A DNA stretch of 64,000 nt from Vulcanimicrobiaceae bacterium (GTDB lineage: Bacteria > Vulcanimicrobiota > Vulcanimicrobiia > Vulcanimicrobiales > Vulcanimicrobiaceae), in contig DASZHL010000030.1 in the NCBI GenBank assembly GCA_035937855.1, positions 9,278 through 73,277 of the forward strand, given 5' to 3'. Of the stretch, positions 36,196 to 48,529 are shown in pieces; position 1 is the first letter of the stretch; the number at the start of each line of letters is the position of its first letter. Under the pieces are notes generated by a model. It was not told the origin of the DNA. It saw nothing but the letters and a program-made list of their open reading frames with translations, and did no database searches. A program made the translations under genes and the position numbers.

Positions 36196-36648
36196 ATGAG
36201 TGAGCAGGGTTCCACCATAGAGGCTCTGAACTTTGCGGACGCTACGGCGGACGGCTTGGGGGTGTATCGCGCCCGCAAGCGGACGATCAGCGTACGCACG
36301 CTTCTCCTCATCTTTCCGCTCGCTGCGCTCGTCGCAATGAGTTCGATTCGCTTGGGACTCGACTTGGCGCTCGGGGGCGGATGCGGAGTGGTCTACATGC
36401 TCACGACAATGCGCGCGGGTGAACGGCTCCTGGATGGTTCAGGCTCCGTTGGTGCGTTCAGGTTCGGGGGAATGGTGCGCATTTTGGTCTTCGCCGCAAT
36501 TCCGGTGATGGCGTCGCTTCATGGCCCGTGGTGGGCGATGGGCGCCTATTTTGCCGGATTTTTCACGCCGCACATCCTCTACGCTTTGGAGGTTCTGCGG
36601 GAAAGCCATTGGGGAGAAACGTGCACGAGCAAATCGGCGGACACCTGA
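36196..36648 (+). CDS. atpI: ATP synthase protein I-like membrane protein
   Basis: Hydrophobic ~150-aa ORF immediately before atpB. Start at MSEQGS (36196) within track ORF 35920..36648. Confidence 0.55.
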   Translation: MSEQGSTIEALNFADATADGLGVYRARKRTISVRTLLLIFPLAALVAMSSIRLGLDLALGGGCGVVYMLTTMRAGERLLDGSGSVGAFRFGGMVRILVFAAIPVMASLHGPWWAMGAYFAGFFTPHILYALEVLRESHWGETCTSKSADT

Positions 36649-37352
36649 CGTGGAACTGGCCGCTCCTTGGGAGCGTCCATGCCGACACGATTTTGACGAC
36701 ATGGATCGTTATGGCCGTGTCTTTCGTGTGCTTTTGGTGGCTGGGGCGTTCGTATCGGACGCATCGGATCGGAAAGACTCAGGCGGTCTTCGAATCGATC
36801 ATCGATTTCTTGAGCGACTTGGCAGTCGGAGTTCTCGGGCGTCGGGGCGAAGCGATGGTTCCGGTTTTTGTCGGCATCTTCGTCTTCGTGTTCGTTCTCA
36901 ATCAAGTCGGCTTCTTTCCACTCAAACAACTGGGGTTGCCGTTCGGCGGCTCGCCGACGGCCGATCTCAACACGACTGCGGCGTTCGCCCTCGTCGTGTT
37001 CTTATCGATTCAGTTTCTCGCGATCCGCAAGAGCGGCATTTCCGCATACGCTCACCTCTTTAAGCCCTTCTGGTTCCTTTTTCCGCTCAATCTGATCGAA
37101 GAAACCATGCGGCCGATCGTGCTCTGCTTGCGTTTGTTTTTCAACATTTTCGTGGGCGAGCTGTTGATCTTTGTGGTGACGACGATCATCCTAGCTGACG
37201 TGAAGATCGGTTCCGTCCACCTGTCATTGCCGCTCTCGGTCGTCCCGTTCTTCATCCAGTTTTTCAACTTTTTCGTCGGCTCGATCCAGGCGTTCGTGTT
37301 TACCCTGCTCACCATCGTCTACACCTCCTTGGCATTGGCCGAGGAGCACTAG
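36621..37352 (+). CDS. atpB: F0F1 ATP synthase subunit a
   Basis: GTG start with a GGGGAG RBS. ...RPIVLCLRLFFNIFVGELL contains the conserved Arg motif (LRLF.N...G). Confidence 0.9.
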   Translation: MHEQIGGHLTWNWPLLGSVHADTILTTWIVMAVSFVCFWWLGRSYRTHRIGKTQAVFESIIDFLSDLAVGVLGRRGEAMVPVFVGIFVFVFVLNQVGFFPLKQLGLPFGGSPTADLNTTAAFALVVFLSIQFLAIRKSGISAYAHLFKPFWFLFPLNLIEETMRPIVLCLRLFFNIFVGELLIFVVTTIILADVKIGSVHLSLPLSVVPFFIQFFNFFVGSIQAFVFTLLTIVYTSLALAEEH

Positions 37353-37368
37353 AAAGGTCCTGTATTTC

Positions 37369-37644
37369 GTGACTTCGCAAGCGCTTATTCTCGCCTCCGT
37401 CATCCTCAGTTTTGGTCTCATCGTGGCGGCGGTCGCCTTTGGTTCGGCGGTCGGTGACGGTGTTATCGGTTCCAAAGCGGTCGAGGCAATTGCCCGTCAG
37501 CCCGAGGCTCGTCCGAACATCTTCACGTTTTACTTCCTCGGCGTGGGTATTCTGGAGGCCTTCCCCGTGATCGCACTGGGCCTCGCGCTCTACTTGTTCT
37601 TCGCGGTCGGCAATGTCCCCGGCCTGATCGCGAACGTCAAGTAA
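37369..37644 (+). CDS. atpE: F0F1 ATP synthase subunit c
   Basis: AIARQPEA...GVGILEAFPVIAL hairpin with the conserved carboxylate Glu. Confidence 0.9.
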   Translation: MTSQALILASVILSFGLIVAAVAFGSAVGDGVIGSKAVEAIARQPEARPNIFTFYFLGVGILEAFPVIALGLALYLFFAVGNVPGLIANVK

Positions 37645-37665
37645 GTCAGGATCGGAGCAAGAATC

Positions 37666-38100
37666 GTGTTCCTTAGCATAGACGGAACCTTGATCGTTCA
37701 AATCGTGAATTTCATCGCGTTCCTCACGGTGATGAACGTGATTTTTTTCCGTCCGGTCGCCAAGGCCATCGCGGAGCGACGTGCTTATGTCGACAGTCTT
37801 GGTGAAAATAATGAGACGATGCTCGCCCGTATTCGTGAGTTTCGTCAAGCGGCGAATGAGCGGCGAGCGAGTGCGCGTCGTGAGGCCGATGAATTGAAGG
37901 CTCAAGTTCGCGCTCAAGCCGGCGCCGAGGCGGAGCAAATCTCAGTACAGTTCACCGCTCGTGCCTCCGCCGTGATCGCGACGGCACACCAAACCGTCGC
38001 CGAAGAAGTGCGGACGGCACACGAGCGTCAGGACGATTTGGCGCAGCAGATTGCCGCGACACTCCTCGGAAATGTCCTCGGATCGGAAAAAGCTGCATGA
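37666..38100 (+). CDS. F0F1 ATP synthase subunit b'
   Basis: N-terminal TM helix plus a long charged coiled coil. First of two b-type genes. Confidence 0.8.
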   Translation: MFLSIDGTLIVQIVNFIAFLTVMNVIFFRPVAKAIAERRAYVDSLGENNETMLARIREFRQAANERRASARREADELKAQVRAQAGAEAEQISVQFTARASAVIATAHQTVAEEVRTAHERQDDLAQQIAATLLGNVLGSEKAA

Positions 38101-38603
38101 GTGCAAGCGATACGCATTTCCTCGAACAACTTTCCCTAACCAGTCAGGTTCTCGGCGCCCTCGCGTTCCTTGCGGTTCTCTTGTGGCTCTTCGGGCGTTT
38201 CGGGATTCCGGCGGTGCGGGCGGCTGAGGATGCGAGAAATTCCCTCCTTCGTGAGTCTGAGGGACGCTTACGAAAATCGCGCGCCGATGAGCAGCGAGCG
38301 CGTCTCGAACTGGAGCGAAGTGAAGCCGAGGCGACTTTGATTCGAGAGCGCGCCAAAGAGGAGGCGCACCATGAGCATGAGCGGATCATCACCGAAGCCA
38401 AAAGCAACGGCGAGCGGATGATTCGCAATGCTGAAGGAGAGTTGGAGCGTGCCCGTGCCGTTGCACGCGTTCAGCTGCGAAGCGAATTGCTCGAACGAGC
38501 GCTTCATATCGCTCGTGAGCGTGCGCTGACCGCGGTCGATTCAGGCATGGACGCTCGTCTCGTACTGCATGTCGTCGATCGGCTCGAACGGAAAGGAAGC
38601 TGA
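38097..38603 (+). CDS. atpF: F0F1 ATP synthase subunit b
   Basis: TM helix plus a coiled coil rich in E/R/A. 4-nt overlap with the upstream gene. Confidence 0.8.
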   Translation: MSASDTHFLEQLSLTSQVLGALAFLAVLLWLFGRFGIPAVRAAEDARNSLLRESEGRLRKSRADEQRARLELERSEAEATLIRERAKEEAHHEHERIITEAKSNGERMIRNAEGELERARAVARVQLRSELLERALHIARERALTAVDSGMDARLVLHVVDRLERKGS

Positions 38604-39142
38604 TGGCCGAACAGACTGTCGCACGTCGGTATGCGAGCGCCGTCTTCGAGCTCGCAAAAGAGCACGGGGCTCTCGAGGTCGTCGCAAAAGATTTGGATCT
38701 TGTGCGCGACCTTCTGGATAATGATGCGAGGGTGCGCGCCTTCTTCGTCTCTCCGGTCGTGGATCGGAGCGAAAAAGCCTCACTCTTCGAACGTTCGCTC
38801 AGCGGGCTTCATCCGATCGCGCTCCATACGATTCTCTTGCTCATTCGCAAGCGTCGTGCGGCCTTGTACGGCGCGATCGTTCGCGAATTCGCCTCGCTGC
38901 GGCAAATCGAGCGCGGTGCGACGTCGCTCTTGCTCACGAGCGCACGGCCTCTCTCGCTGGCGGATCGCGATTCCCTGACTCGCCGCCTCGGCGTGATCTA
39001 CGGAACGACGTTCGAGACGACGGCCGTCGTCGATCGCGATCTCATCGGCGGAGTTCGCCTGAACATGGGCGACCGCCGAATCGACGGCAGCATAGCCGGG
39101 CGACTCGATTATCTCGCCCAAGAACTGATGACCGTTTCGTAA
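38603..39142 (+). CDS. atpH: F0F1 ATP synthase subunit delta
   Basis: VARRYASAVFELAKE N-terminus and operon position. Confidence 0.85.
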   Translation: MAEQTVARRYASAVFELAKEHGALEVVAKDLDLVRDLLDNDARVRAFFVSPVVDRSEKASLFERSLSGLHPIALHTILLLIRKRRAALYGAIVREFASLRQIERGATSLLLTSARPLSLADRDSLTRRLGVIYGTTFETTAVVDRDLIGGVRLNMGDRRIDGSIAGRLDYLAQELMTVS

Positions 39143-39214
39143 ACCTGAGTTATCCACCCACCGTCACACCCCCGACTCTTCCATTCCCGCGGACGAAAAG
39201 AAAGCGAACTAACG

Positions 39215-40717
39215 ATGATTAACGCAGACGAAATTGCCGGTATCCTCAAACAGCAGATCGCAAATTATCAGACGGACGTCCGTGAAGACGAGGTCGGCAC
39301 CGTTATTGAGGTCGGTGCGAATCTCGCGCGTGTGTACGGTTTGCGTAGCGTGCGTTCGTCGGAGTTGGTTGAGTTTGCCGCCGGCCAACAAGGTGTCGCG
39401 CTCAATCTTGAAGAGGACAACGTCGGCGTCGTCATCCTGGGTTCCGACAAGGATATTCAGGAAGGCCAGAAGGTTCGCCGCACCGGGCGTATCGCCTCGG
39501 TTCCGGTCGGAGCGGCGATGCTCGGACGCGTCGTCGATCCGCTCGGGAATCCCGTCGACGGACGTGGGCCGATCGTGAGCACAAAGTATCGCACGATTGA
39601 GAACTCCGCACCATCGGTTGTACAACGACAACCCGTCAAGCAACCCTTGCAGACGGGTATTCGCGCGATCGACGCCTTGATTCCGATCGGAAAGGGCCAG
39701 CGTGAGCTCATCATTGGCGACCGTAGCACCGGCAAGACGGCGATTGCGGTAGACACGATCATCAATCAGAAGGGCCGAAACGTTTTCTGTATCTATGTTG
39801 CGATCGGCCAGAAGAACTCGACGGTTGCCGCGCTCGCGCAGACACTTGAACAGAAGGGCGCCCTTGAGTACACGACCATCGTCACGGTCAGTCCTTCCGA
39901 CGCTGCCGCGCTCCGCTGGATCGCGCCGTTCGCGGGATGTTCGATGGGCGAAGAATTGATGTACGAGGGGAAAGACGTCCTTATCATTTACGACGATCTC
40001 ACCAAGCACGCACAATCCTATCGCGAGATGGCGTTGTTGCTCCGCCGTCCGCCGGGCCGTGAAGCCTATCCGGGCGACGTCTTCTTCCTCCACTCACGTT
40101 TGCTTGAACGCGCAGCGAAACTCTCCGATGAACTGGGCGGGGGTTCGATGACGGCCTTACCGATCATCGAGACGCAGGCCGGCGACTTCTCGGCTTATAT
40201 CCCGACCAATGTTATCTCGATCACCGACGGGCAGATTTACCTGACGCCGCAGCTCTTCTTCCAGGGCATTCGGCCGGCCGTCGACGTCGGACTTTCCGTC
40301 TCACGCGTCGGTGGAGCGGCACAGACCAAGGCGATGAAGAGCGTCGCCGGTCAACTCAAACTCGAACTCGCGCAATATCGCGATCTCGCGGCCTTCGCCA
40401 AACTCGCGAGCGATCTCGACAAGTCGACGCAAATGCAATTGTTGCGCGGCGAGAAACTCACCGAACTGCTCAAGCAGCGGCAGTACCAACCTCAAGCCGT
40501 CGAAGACCAAGTCGTGCTGCTGTATGGTGCCACGAAGGGTTTCGTCAACGAAGTCCCGACCGCGCGTCTCCAGGACTGGGCACGGGAATTCCTGACGTTC
40601 CTCCACGAAAAATATGCGAGCGTTCCCACGGCGATCGCATCGAGCGGAGTGGTTTCACCGGATTCGGCCAAGCAGCTTGAAGCGGCTTTGGTCGAATTCA
40701 AGCAGAGTTTCGGATAA
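39215..40717 (+). CDS. atpA: F0F1 ATP synthase subunit alpha
   Basis: GDRSTGKTA Walker A, plus [20 protein letters not shown]. Confidence 0.95.
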   Translation: MINADEIAGILKQQIANYQTDVREDEVGTVIEVGANLARVYGLRSVRSSELVEFAAGQQGVALNLEEDNVGVVILGSDKDIQEGQKVRRTGRIASVPVGAAMLGRVVDPLGNPVDGRGPIVSTKYRTIENSAPSVVQRQPVKQPLQTGIRAIDALIPIGKGQRELIIGDRSTGKTAIAVDTIINQKGRNVFCIYVAIGQKNSTVAALAQTLEQKGALEYTTIVTVSPSDAAALRWIAPFAGCSMGEELMYEGKDVLIIYDDLTKHAQSYREMALLLRRPPGREAYPGDVFFLHSRLLERAAKLSDELGGGSMTALPIIETQAGDFSAYIPTNVISITDGQIYLTPQLFFQGIRPAVDVGLSVSRVGGAAQTKAMKSVAGQLKLELAQYRDLAAFAKLASDLDKSTQMQLLRGEKLTELLKQRQYQPQAVEDQVVLLYGATKGFVNEVPTARLQDWAREFLTFLHEKYASVPTAIASSGVVSPDSAKQLEAALVEFKQSFG

Positions 40718-40729
40718 TGCGAGGGCCTC

Positions 40730-41599
40730 ATGCCGTCGGTTAAAGACTTACGCGATCGGATCAAGTCGCTGAAGAATACGCAGCAGATTACCAAGGCGAT
40801 GAAGCAAGTCGCGGCTGCGAAGATTCGACGTGCCGAACAGGCGCGCAAGCAGGCGCGTCCGTATGCCGACGCGATCGGCACCATGCTGAGTGATCTCGTC
40901 AAAAGCGTCTGGAACGCCGATCACCCTTTCCTAAGACCCGGAGCGAGCGGAGTCCCCGCCGGCGTCGTTTTGCTGACTGCGGATAAAGGCCTCTGCGGGG
41001 CCTTTAACTCCAATGTGCTTCGGGCCGGGGAGCTCTATCGTGTCGAAGAGCGCGACGCGCAGTTTTTCCCGGTCGGCATCAAGGCTCGTAATGCCGTGCG
41101 CCGTTGGGGTCAGATCGATCGCCCCACCTGGGCGCTCGCGGCGAAGACGAAACTCGAGACGGCTCGTGAAGTGGCCGCTCGCGTAAGCGACGATTTCATC
41201 TCCGGACGAATCGGAAGCATCGTCTTGATTTCCTCCAGGTTGATCTCGATGATGTCCCAGCGGCCGGAAGTACGCAGGATTGTCCCGATCGTTGTGAGCG
41301 AATTCACCGGCGATGAAAAATCGGCGAGCGAAGCGCGGGGAGCCGTTGAATTCCTGCCGTCGCCCGAACTCGTGCTTTCCCGATTGCTCCCCAAGTATCT
41401 GGAGTTCACCTTGTACTCCGCGATGCTCGAAACCGACGCCGCCTTTTTTGCCGCTCAGCTCCTCGCGATGAACAACGCGACCGAGAATGCGGGGAAGCTC
41501 ATCGACGAGTTGACGATTCAGATGAATAACGCACGTCAAGCTGCGATCACCAAGGAACTTCTCGAGATTGTCGGCGGGGCTGAGGCGCTTTCCGCGTAA
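40730..41599 (+). CDS. atpG: F0F1 ATP synthase subunit gamma
   Basis: IKSLKNTQQITKAMKQVAAAK N-terminus and ARQAAITKELLEIVGGAEAL C-terminus. Confidence 0.95.
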   Translation: MPSVKDLRDRIKSLKNTQQITKAMKQVAAAKIRRAEQARKQARPYADAIGTMLSDLVKSVWNADHPFLRPGASGVPAGVVLLTADKGLCGAFNSNVLRAGELYRVEERDAQFFPVGIKARNAVRRWGQIDRPTWALAAKTKLETAREVAARVSDDFISGRIGSIVLISSRLISMMSQRPEVRRIVPIVVSEFTGDEKSASEARGAVEFLPSPELVLSRLLPKYLEFTLYSAMLETDAAFFAAQLLAMNNATENAGKLIDELTIQMNNARQAAITKELLEIVGGAEALSA

Positions 41600-41649
41600 C
41601 GCGCAGTACCGAACGAACATAAACGAATTATCACGTAAAGGAATGTTGA

Positions 41650-43136
<1,487 letters not shown>

Positions 43137-43137
<1 letters not shown>

Positions 43138-43550
43138 TGGCTAATACGATTCCGTTTTCGCTCATTACGCCGACGGCGGTCGTCTACGACGGTCCTGCGG
43201 AGTTTGTCATTGCAGTTGGTACGGAAGGGGAAGAAGGGATTCTTCCCTCGCATGCGCCATTGCTCACGGCGCTTCGGCCGGGGGTATTACGTGCCGATAT
43301 CGTTCATGACGGCAAGACGCAGCGCGTACGGTATGCGACCGGGCAAGGTTTTTTGCAAGCATTACCTGATCGGATCACGATCTTAGTCGATCTCGTTGCT
43401 GCACCGGACGATGTCGATCCGGCCGGGACACGAGCGGAGCTCGCTGCAGCGGAAGAACGGCAGAAGAGTTTGACTCCGCAAACCCCCGAGTTCGAACGCG
43501 AACAGGCCCTTGTCGACTTCGCAACCGCGAAGCTCGCACTTGTAGCCTAA
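43137..43550 (+). CDS. atpC: F0F1 ATP synthase subunit epsilon
   Basis: Operon position. GILPSHAPLLTAL motif. Confidence 0.9.
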
Positions 43551-43832
43551 ACGAAGCAACGGTTGGGACTTTTGATTCAGAGTGGTTGGGCGCTATTTCA
43601 TGGAGTTCCATGAGAGAAATGGGCCTTTATTCCCTGAAGATAAATAGGTACGATCGTAGGGCGTATCCGCGCGAGACTTCTCTATTGTGTGGACTTGAAC
43701 AGCGTCCAAAAGTTCAATTTATCAAGCTCGTGTAAAGTTCGCGAGAACGAATTCGCACCGTAAAGGTTTCCAGTTGTTTCCCGCTGGAGCCTCTGGAAAG
43801 CCATTGGTGCAAATATATCTTCTGGAGATCCG

Positions 43833-46475
43833 ATGATTACTTCGCGACGTTCATGGAATACTTCCGCCGCTGCCTTGATATTGATATCGCTGATCAGCGC
43901 ATGCGGCGGCGGCGGCGGAGTGCTTCCTTCCGTCCCGCCCGCAGACTCTAGCGGTGCCGGTGGAATCGTCGATCTGACGACTTGCCGTATGTGGGGAAAC
44001 TGGTGCGGACGTAATGGTGGAGGTGGTACGCCGAGTCCGACGCCGACCCCGTCTTCAAGTTCGCCGCCCACGTCGGGATCGTTAAATGAAGATTGGTTGT
44101 CCTATGCTCTCAACGTTCCGTGGAATGATGGTTCAGTCAATGGAAATTGGACGGATCAATGGAGTGGGTACGGTACCATTCAAGTGCAATCCGCTTCGTC
44201 CGGCGGACGACAACTGTCGCTTTCTCCAGGAACCCCTCGGTTCTCAAGTAGCTCTCACTCCGCGTTGGTCACGTCCGTTGAGTCGTTCGGAGACTTCACG
44301 TCGAGTATTTCGTTCACGACAAAGGCGCAATTGCGATCGGATGCTCCCAGTCCTTGGGAGGTCGGTTGGGTGTTGTGGCATTACAGCGACTCCGCTCATT
44401 TTTATGCGCTGACGTTGAAGCCGAACGGCTGGGAACTCAGCAAAGAAGATCCGGCATACCCTGGAAATCAACGCTACCTCGCGACGGGATCATCACCGAC
44501 GTTCCCGATTGGTGCAATGTACAACGCGCAGATCGCGCAAACGGGAAATAGCATCACCGTCTCGGTCAATGGCAACCAGCTGACGAAATTCACGGATACC
44601 GAACGACCCTACACGTCGGGTTCATTGGGACTTTACTCGGAAGAGGCACAAGTCGACTTTGGGGCGATTAATGTAAACGCAGGTTCGAACTCGTCAACGC
44701 CGATTCCAACGGCTCCTTCGCCGACTCCAACACCGCTACCATCTCCGATTGTAACGCCGAAGCCCACTCCCGTCCCGTCGCCTTCTCCGAAGCCGACGGG
44801 CATTCTCTCTCCGACTCCAATACCGTCTCCGATCGTAACGCCGAAGCCCACACCCGTGCCGACCCCGAAACCGATCACGAATCCGCCTGCAGTTCCCGGT
44901 GGAACGCTGGTGTTGAATGCATACGATTCGTCCGGTAATCTGATGTCGTATAACACGTTCGTCAATACCGAGCAAGGGAATGGGGCAAGCGGCACCAACG
45001 ACGTCTTGGTTAATCAATCGAATTTGCGAACCCTCACGATGTCGCCGCTCTCGTCATCATCGAGCGGAACCATGCAGCTCCAACTGCCGACGACTCCCGC
45101 AGCGCTTTCGGTAGCCTGGCTGACGTCGGACGGCTATTCGAACTTGATCATCAATTTGCCCGCGAGCGGGGGAACCGCGAATTTCAATTTACTCGCGGCT
45201 CAACAAGTGGTGAGCGACCTCAATGCCGCCAATGCGGCGCGACCGTGGTACAGCCCCTCGTCAAGCGAGACAACGAGCGCCGCGCAGGCGCAAACCCTTC
45301 TGAAAAAGGCGCAGGGAGAGTCGGGATCAGCGCAAGGTGCCGATGCTCAGAATGCCCTCGATGCCGCAGTGCATGCGGAGACCTTGCTTCTTACGGATGC
45401 CGGTATTCAGTATGCCCCGACGCTGCGTGCTTCGGGTGCGCAATGGGGCGTCACCGATGATCAGGGAGGCGGAACTTCCATCGCTTATTCTCCGAACATC
45501 TTCGTTTCGCTCTACAAGAGTATGATGACAACGGATCCGGGCGACGGTTGGATCCGGCTATACCTCGATCCATCACAATCAGCTTCGAGTACGGTTTCGC
45601 AAGCGGCGAGTGAAGTGAGTCTCGCTCACGCGGCGGGCTTCCACGTCCTTGCTCAGATCATGGATTCCAGCGATACGAATTCGTACGGCTCGTCCGCGAA
45701 TTTCCAGTCCTTGGTGCAAAAGTACGTCGCCGGAATTCCGAACGTGGATGAGTGGGAAGTCGGAAACGAGGTCAACGGCTCGGGTTCCGGCTGGAATACA
45801 CAGCCGGCCGTCCCTTCGAACGTTGCGTATGCCGCATCGTACGTCAAACAGAACACAAGTGCGAAAACGATGCTTACGCTCTATTATCAGCTCGGTTCGG
45901 GTCAGCAGCCGAACAATGAGATGTTCACGTGGACAGCGGCGAATATTCCGTCCTCGGTCATGGCGAATATCGACGATCTCGCGATCTCCATCTACCCGCA
46001 GCAAGAGCCCGTCGGAGCCGGCTTCGATCGCGTGATGAATACTTTGCACGCGCAATATCCATCGCAGCGCATCATGATCGGCGAACTCGGCTACAGCACC
46101 ACTTCCCAGGATTCGCAAGGCTCCATCGCTTGGTGGTGGGGATCGTCGAACAATCCCAATAGTGCCGGTCGCACCGCGTATGCGACGTATCTCGCGAACG
46201 CCGTGTATGCGTATCCCTTCTCCGGCGGCGGAACCTACTACTGGAGTTATCTGGAAGATAACGGTAGCGGAGGTGATTCCGGCGGAGCGAACATTCAGAC
46301 GATCTTGCAGACCGCACATCAAGACACGATCACGGGAGCAATTCCGGCGCTGTCCGCCGTCAGCAGCATGCAAAGGCTCGTCGTGCAAAGTACGCAGACT
46401 TTCGCTGCTCCAGCTTCCGGCGGGAAAATCATCCGTCAAGGTTCCCCGCACCAGCCTCATCACCATCACCGATGA
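43833..46475 (+). CDS. secreted lipoprotein: ConA-like lectin/glucanase (DUF1080-like) domain + Pro/Thr linker + clan-A-like glycoside hydrolase domain
   Basis: Lipobox LISLISAC followed by [35 protein letters not shown]...[16 protein letters not shown]-rich linker. WEVGNEVNG and MIGELGYS are candidate acid/base and nucleophile Glu. His-rich C-terminus HQPHHHHR. Confidence 0.65.
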   Translation: MITSRRSWNTSAAALILISLISACGGGGGVLPSVPPADSSGAGGIVDLTTCRMWGNWCGRNGGGGTPSPTPTPSSSSPPTSGSLNEDWLSYALNVPWNDGSVNGNWTDQWSGYGTIQVQSASSGGRQLSLSPGTPRFSSSSHSALVTSVESFGDFTSSISFTTKAQLRSDAPSPWEVGWVLWHYSDSAHFYALTLKPNGWELSKEDPAYPGNQRYLATGSSPTFPIGAMYNAQIAQTGNSITVSVNGNQLTKFTDTERPYTSGSLGLYSEEAQVDFGAINVNAGSNSSTPIPTAPSPTPTPLPSPIVTPKPTPVPSPSPKPTGILSPTPIPSPIVTPKPTPVPTPKPITNPPAVPGGTLVLNAYDSSGNLMSYNTFVNTEQGNGASGTNDVLVNQSNLRTLTMSPLSSSSSGTMQLQLPTTPAALSVAWLTSDGYSNLIINLPASGGTANFNLLAAQQVVSDLNAANAARPWYSPSSSETTSAAQAQTLLKKAQGESGSAQGADAQNALDAAVHAETLLLTDAGIQYAPTLRASGAQWGVTDDQGGGTSIAYSPNIFVSLYKSMMTTDPGDGWIRLYLDPSQSASSTVSQAASEVSLAHAAGFHVLAQIMDSSDTNSYGSSANFQSLVQKYVAGIPNVDEWEVGNEVNGSGSGWNTQPAVPSNVAYAASYVKQNTSAKTMLTLYYQLGSGQQPNNEMFTWTAANIPSSVMANIDDLAISIYPQQEPVGAGFDRVMNTLHAQYPSQRIMIGELGYSTTSQDSQGSIAWWWGSSNNPNSAGRTAYATYLANAVYAYPFSGGGTYYWSYLEDNGSGGDSGGANIQTILQTAHQDTITGAIPALSAVSSMQRLVVQSTQTFAAPASGGKIIRQGSPHQPHHHHR
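44721..44860 (+). repeat. duplicated Pro/Thr-linker unit (~84-nt period)
   Basis: ccgactccaa.accg...tctccgat.gtaacgccgaagcccac.cccgt.ccg occurs twice ([12 protein letters not shown] x2). Confidence 0.8.
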
Positions 46476-46616
46476 GGAGTGAATGTCTCCTTCATGCCTG
46501 AGCTTGTCCCGGTTCCTGTGACACGCTACCGACCGGATTTTTCCGAGTCTACGTGTGTCCGGGAAGCCGGCCGAGCGTTTTCGGGCGCGCAATAGACTGA
46601 GCGCCGACTAGGCAGC

Positions 46617-47783
46617 GTGCCTCACCCACTACCGGATCACTTCAAGAAAATGGCGAATATGCAGAGAGTAACCGTGCTCGACGTTACCTTGCGCGACGGT
46701 GGATATCGAAACAATTGGGATTTCTCTCAAGAACGGGCTCAGGAGATAGTTCGATTACTCGTTGCGGCCGGAATTGATCATATTGAAATTGGTTATCGTA
46801 ACAGTCCACCGAACGAGTACGGTTTCAAATTAACGGGAGAAACCCCCGACAGCTATGTTGCGGCTATCCGGGAACATGTGCCGGAGGCGAAGCTCGCGGT
46901 CATGTACGCACCGGGCTTGGTTACTGTGAACGATATTGAAAAGCTCAACGAGCTTGGCGTATCGATGGTCCGTTGCAGTCTGCCGCACACCTCGCCGGAA
47001 CGTGCATTTCCTCTGATTAAGCGCGGATATGATCTTGGAATGGTTTCGACGGCGAACATGATCAACGTCACACAATACCGCCTTGATCATCTTGTCGATC
47101 TGTGCAATCGAATTATCGATAATGGATGCAACGTCATCTACGTCGCCGACTCCAATGGCAGCATGACACCCGAAAGCGTGAAGTCCACGTTGACGCATCT
47201 TCAAGAGAAGCTTCCCAACGTTCAACTGGGATTTCATAACCACAATATGTTGGGAATGGCCATGGCCAACGCGATTGAAGCGATACGCCTGGGCGTTTCA
47301 TATATTGATAGCAGCATTCGCGGAATGGGTCGCTCAGCCGGGAACGTTCCCACTGAGTCATTGCTTGCATATCTATCGCGCTCATATCGGTCATATGACG
47401 TGCATGCCGGGCTTTGCGCCGCGCTTTATCTGCGAGAGCATTATCCAATGGCTGATCCCCAACCAAGGCCACAGGATACGGCGTATGGAATCTATGATTT
47501 CGATAGTCAACTCGAAACGAACATTATAGGCGCCGCGAAGAAAAACGGGGTTCATTGGAGTGATCTCATGGCCGCGATGCACACGGCAGATCTTGATAAG
47601 ACGCACATCACGCCGAGGGTGTTAGACAATGTCGCAAAATCTCTTCAGGCAGCTTCGACCCGGACGGAATCGAGCGATTGCATCACGGGCCGAATCGAGG
47701 ACCTTGAGGGAACGCTTCCCGACAACACGGAGCGTGGTCTTGGGTCTCGACCGGCGTTGCCCAAGCGGATCCGGATCTCGTGA
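46617..47783 (+). CDS. HMGL-like / DmpG-type aldolase (pyruvate carboxyltransferase domain)
   Basis: VTVLDVTLRDGGY...IEIGY...YVADSNGSM...GFHNHNMLGMAMAN. AT-rich. An alternative start is Met at 46650. Confidence 0.7.
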   Translation: MPHPLPDHFKKMANMQRVTVLDVTLRDGGYRNNWDFSQERAQEIVRLLVAAGIDHIEIGYRNSPPNEYGFKLTGETPDSYVAAIREHVPEAKLAVMYAPGLVTVNDIEKLNELGVSMVRCSLPHTSPERAFPLIKRGYDLGMVSTANMINVTQYRLDHLVDLCNRIIDNGCNVIYVADSNGSMTPESVKSTLTHLQEKLPNVQLGFHNHNMLGMAMANAIEAIRLGVSYIDSSIRGMGRSAGNVPTESLLAYLSRSYRSYDVHAGLCAALYLREHYPMADPQPRPQDTAYGIYDFDSQLETNIIGAAKKNGVHWSDLMAAMHTADLDKTHITPRVLDNVAKSLQAASTRTESSDCITGRIEDLEGTLPDNTERGLGSRPALPKRIRIS

Positions 47784-47806
47784 ATAGGTAAGGAGAGAAC
47801 GAAAGT

Positions 47807-48430
47807 TCAGCGAAGCATTTCTCTCAAATGGCTTAGCACAAATGCAGTGGTAGTTACGTCCGCGATTCCAGCTGAAAGCGACGTTGCGGTCACTTTCATA
47901 ATGTCGTCATGAGAGACTGCCCCAAAACCCATATCGGGCATGTCAGGTCCGGCATTTGCATCGACAATGAAAATCGTCTTATAATCCAGATCATGTGCAT
48001 GACGCGCCGTTGTGACCGAACAATAGTTCGTCATTAGGCCGGTAATGAGTACCGTATCTATTTTCTTTTCTTTCAATATATCCCGAAGTGGAGTGTTTAC
48101 AAATGCACTATAGCGGGTTTTCTCCACAACAATCTCTCCATCAGTTGGCAATAAATCCGGTATAAATTCTACAGACGCAGTACCTTCTATGAATACGGGC
48201 GTTGGATCAAAATCTCCCATTCGACCGAGATCTGACCCATCGGCTTTGTGCACGTGTTTCACAAAAACAACTTGCAAGCCAATTTGACGTGCAGCATCAC
48301 GAAGTTTCACCAAGTTCCCACGTATTTTTTCTGCATTTGGTGTGTAGAGAGGGCGATCATCGTCAAAGTACTCACGCTGCGGATCAATCAGCAAAAGAGC
48401 TGTCGTGGTTGCGTCAATCGGGTAAACCAT
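47807..48430 (-). CDS. isochorismatase-family cysteine hydrolase
   Basis: ALLLIDPQREYF, VFVKH and VLITGLMTNYCSVTTARHA (nucleophile Cys). Confidence 0.85.
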   Translation of the reverse strand: MVYPIDATTTALLLIDPQREYFDDDRPLYTPNAEKIRGNLVKLRDAARQIGLQVVFVKHVHKADGSDLGRMGDFDPTPVFIEGTASVEFIPDLLPTDGEIVVEKTRYSAFVNTPLRDILKEKKIDTVLITGLMTNYCSVTTARHAHDLDYKTIFIVDANAGPDMPDMGFGAVSHDDIMKVTATSLSAGIADVTTTAFVLSHLREMLR

Positions 48431-48529
48431 GGCCCGATAGTACCACTACTACCATAAACATACTACGCATCTAGGAGATGTTGCTCGCGTCCTGCGGGAA
48501 GGCCCTTTGGCTCATCCGAAACGTTCAGC

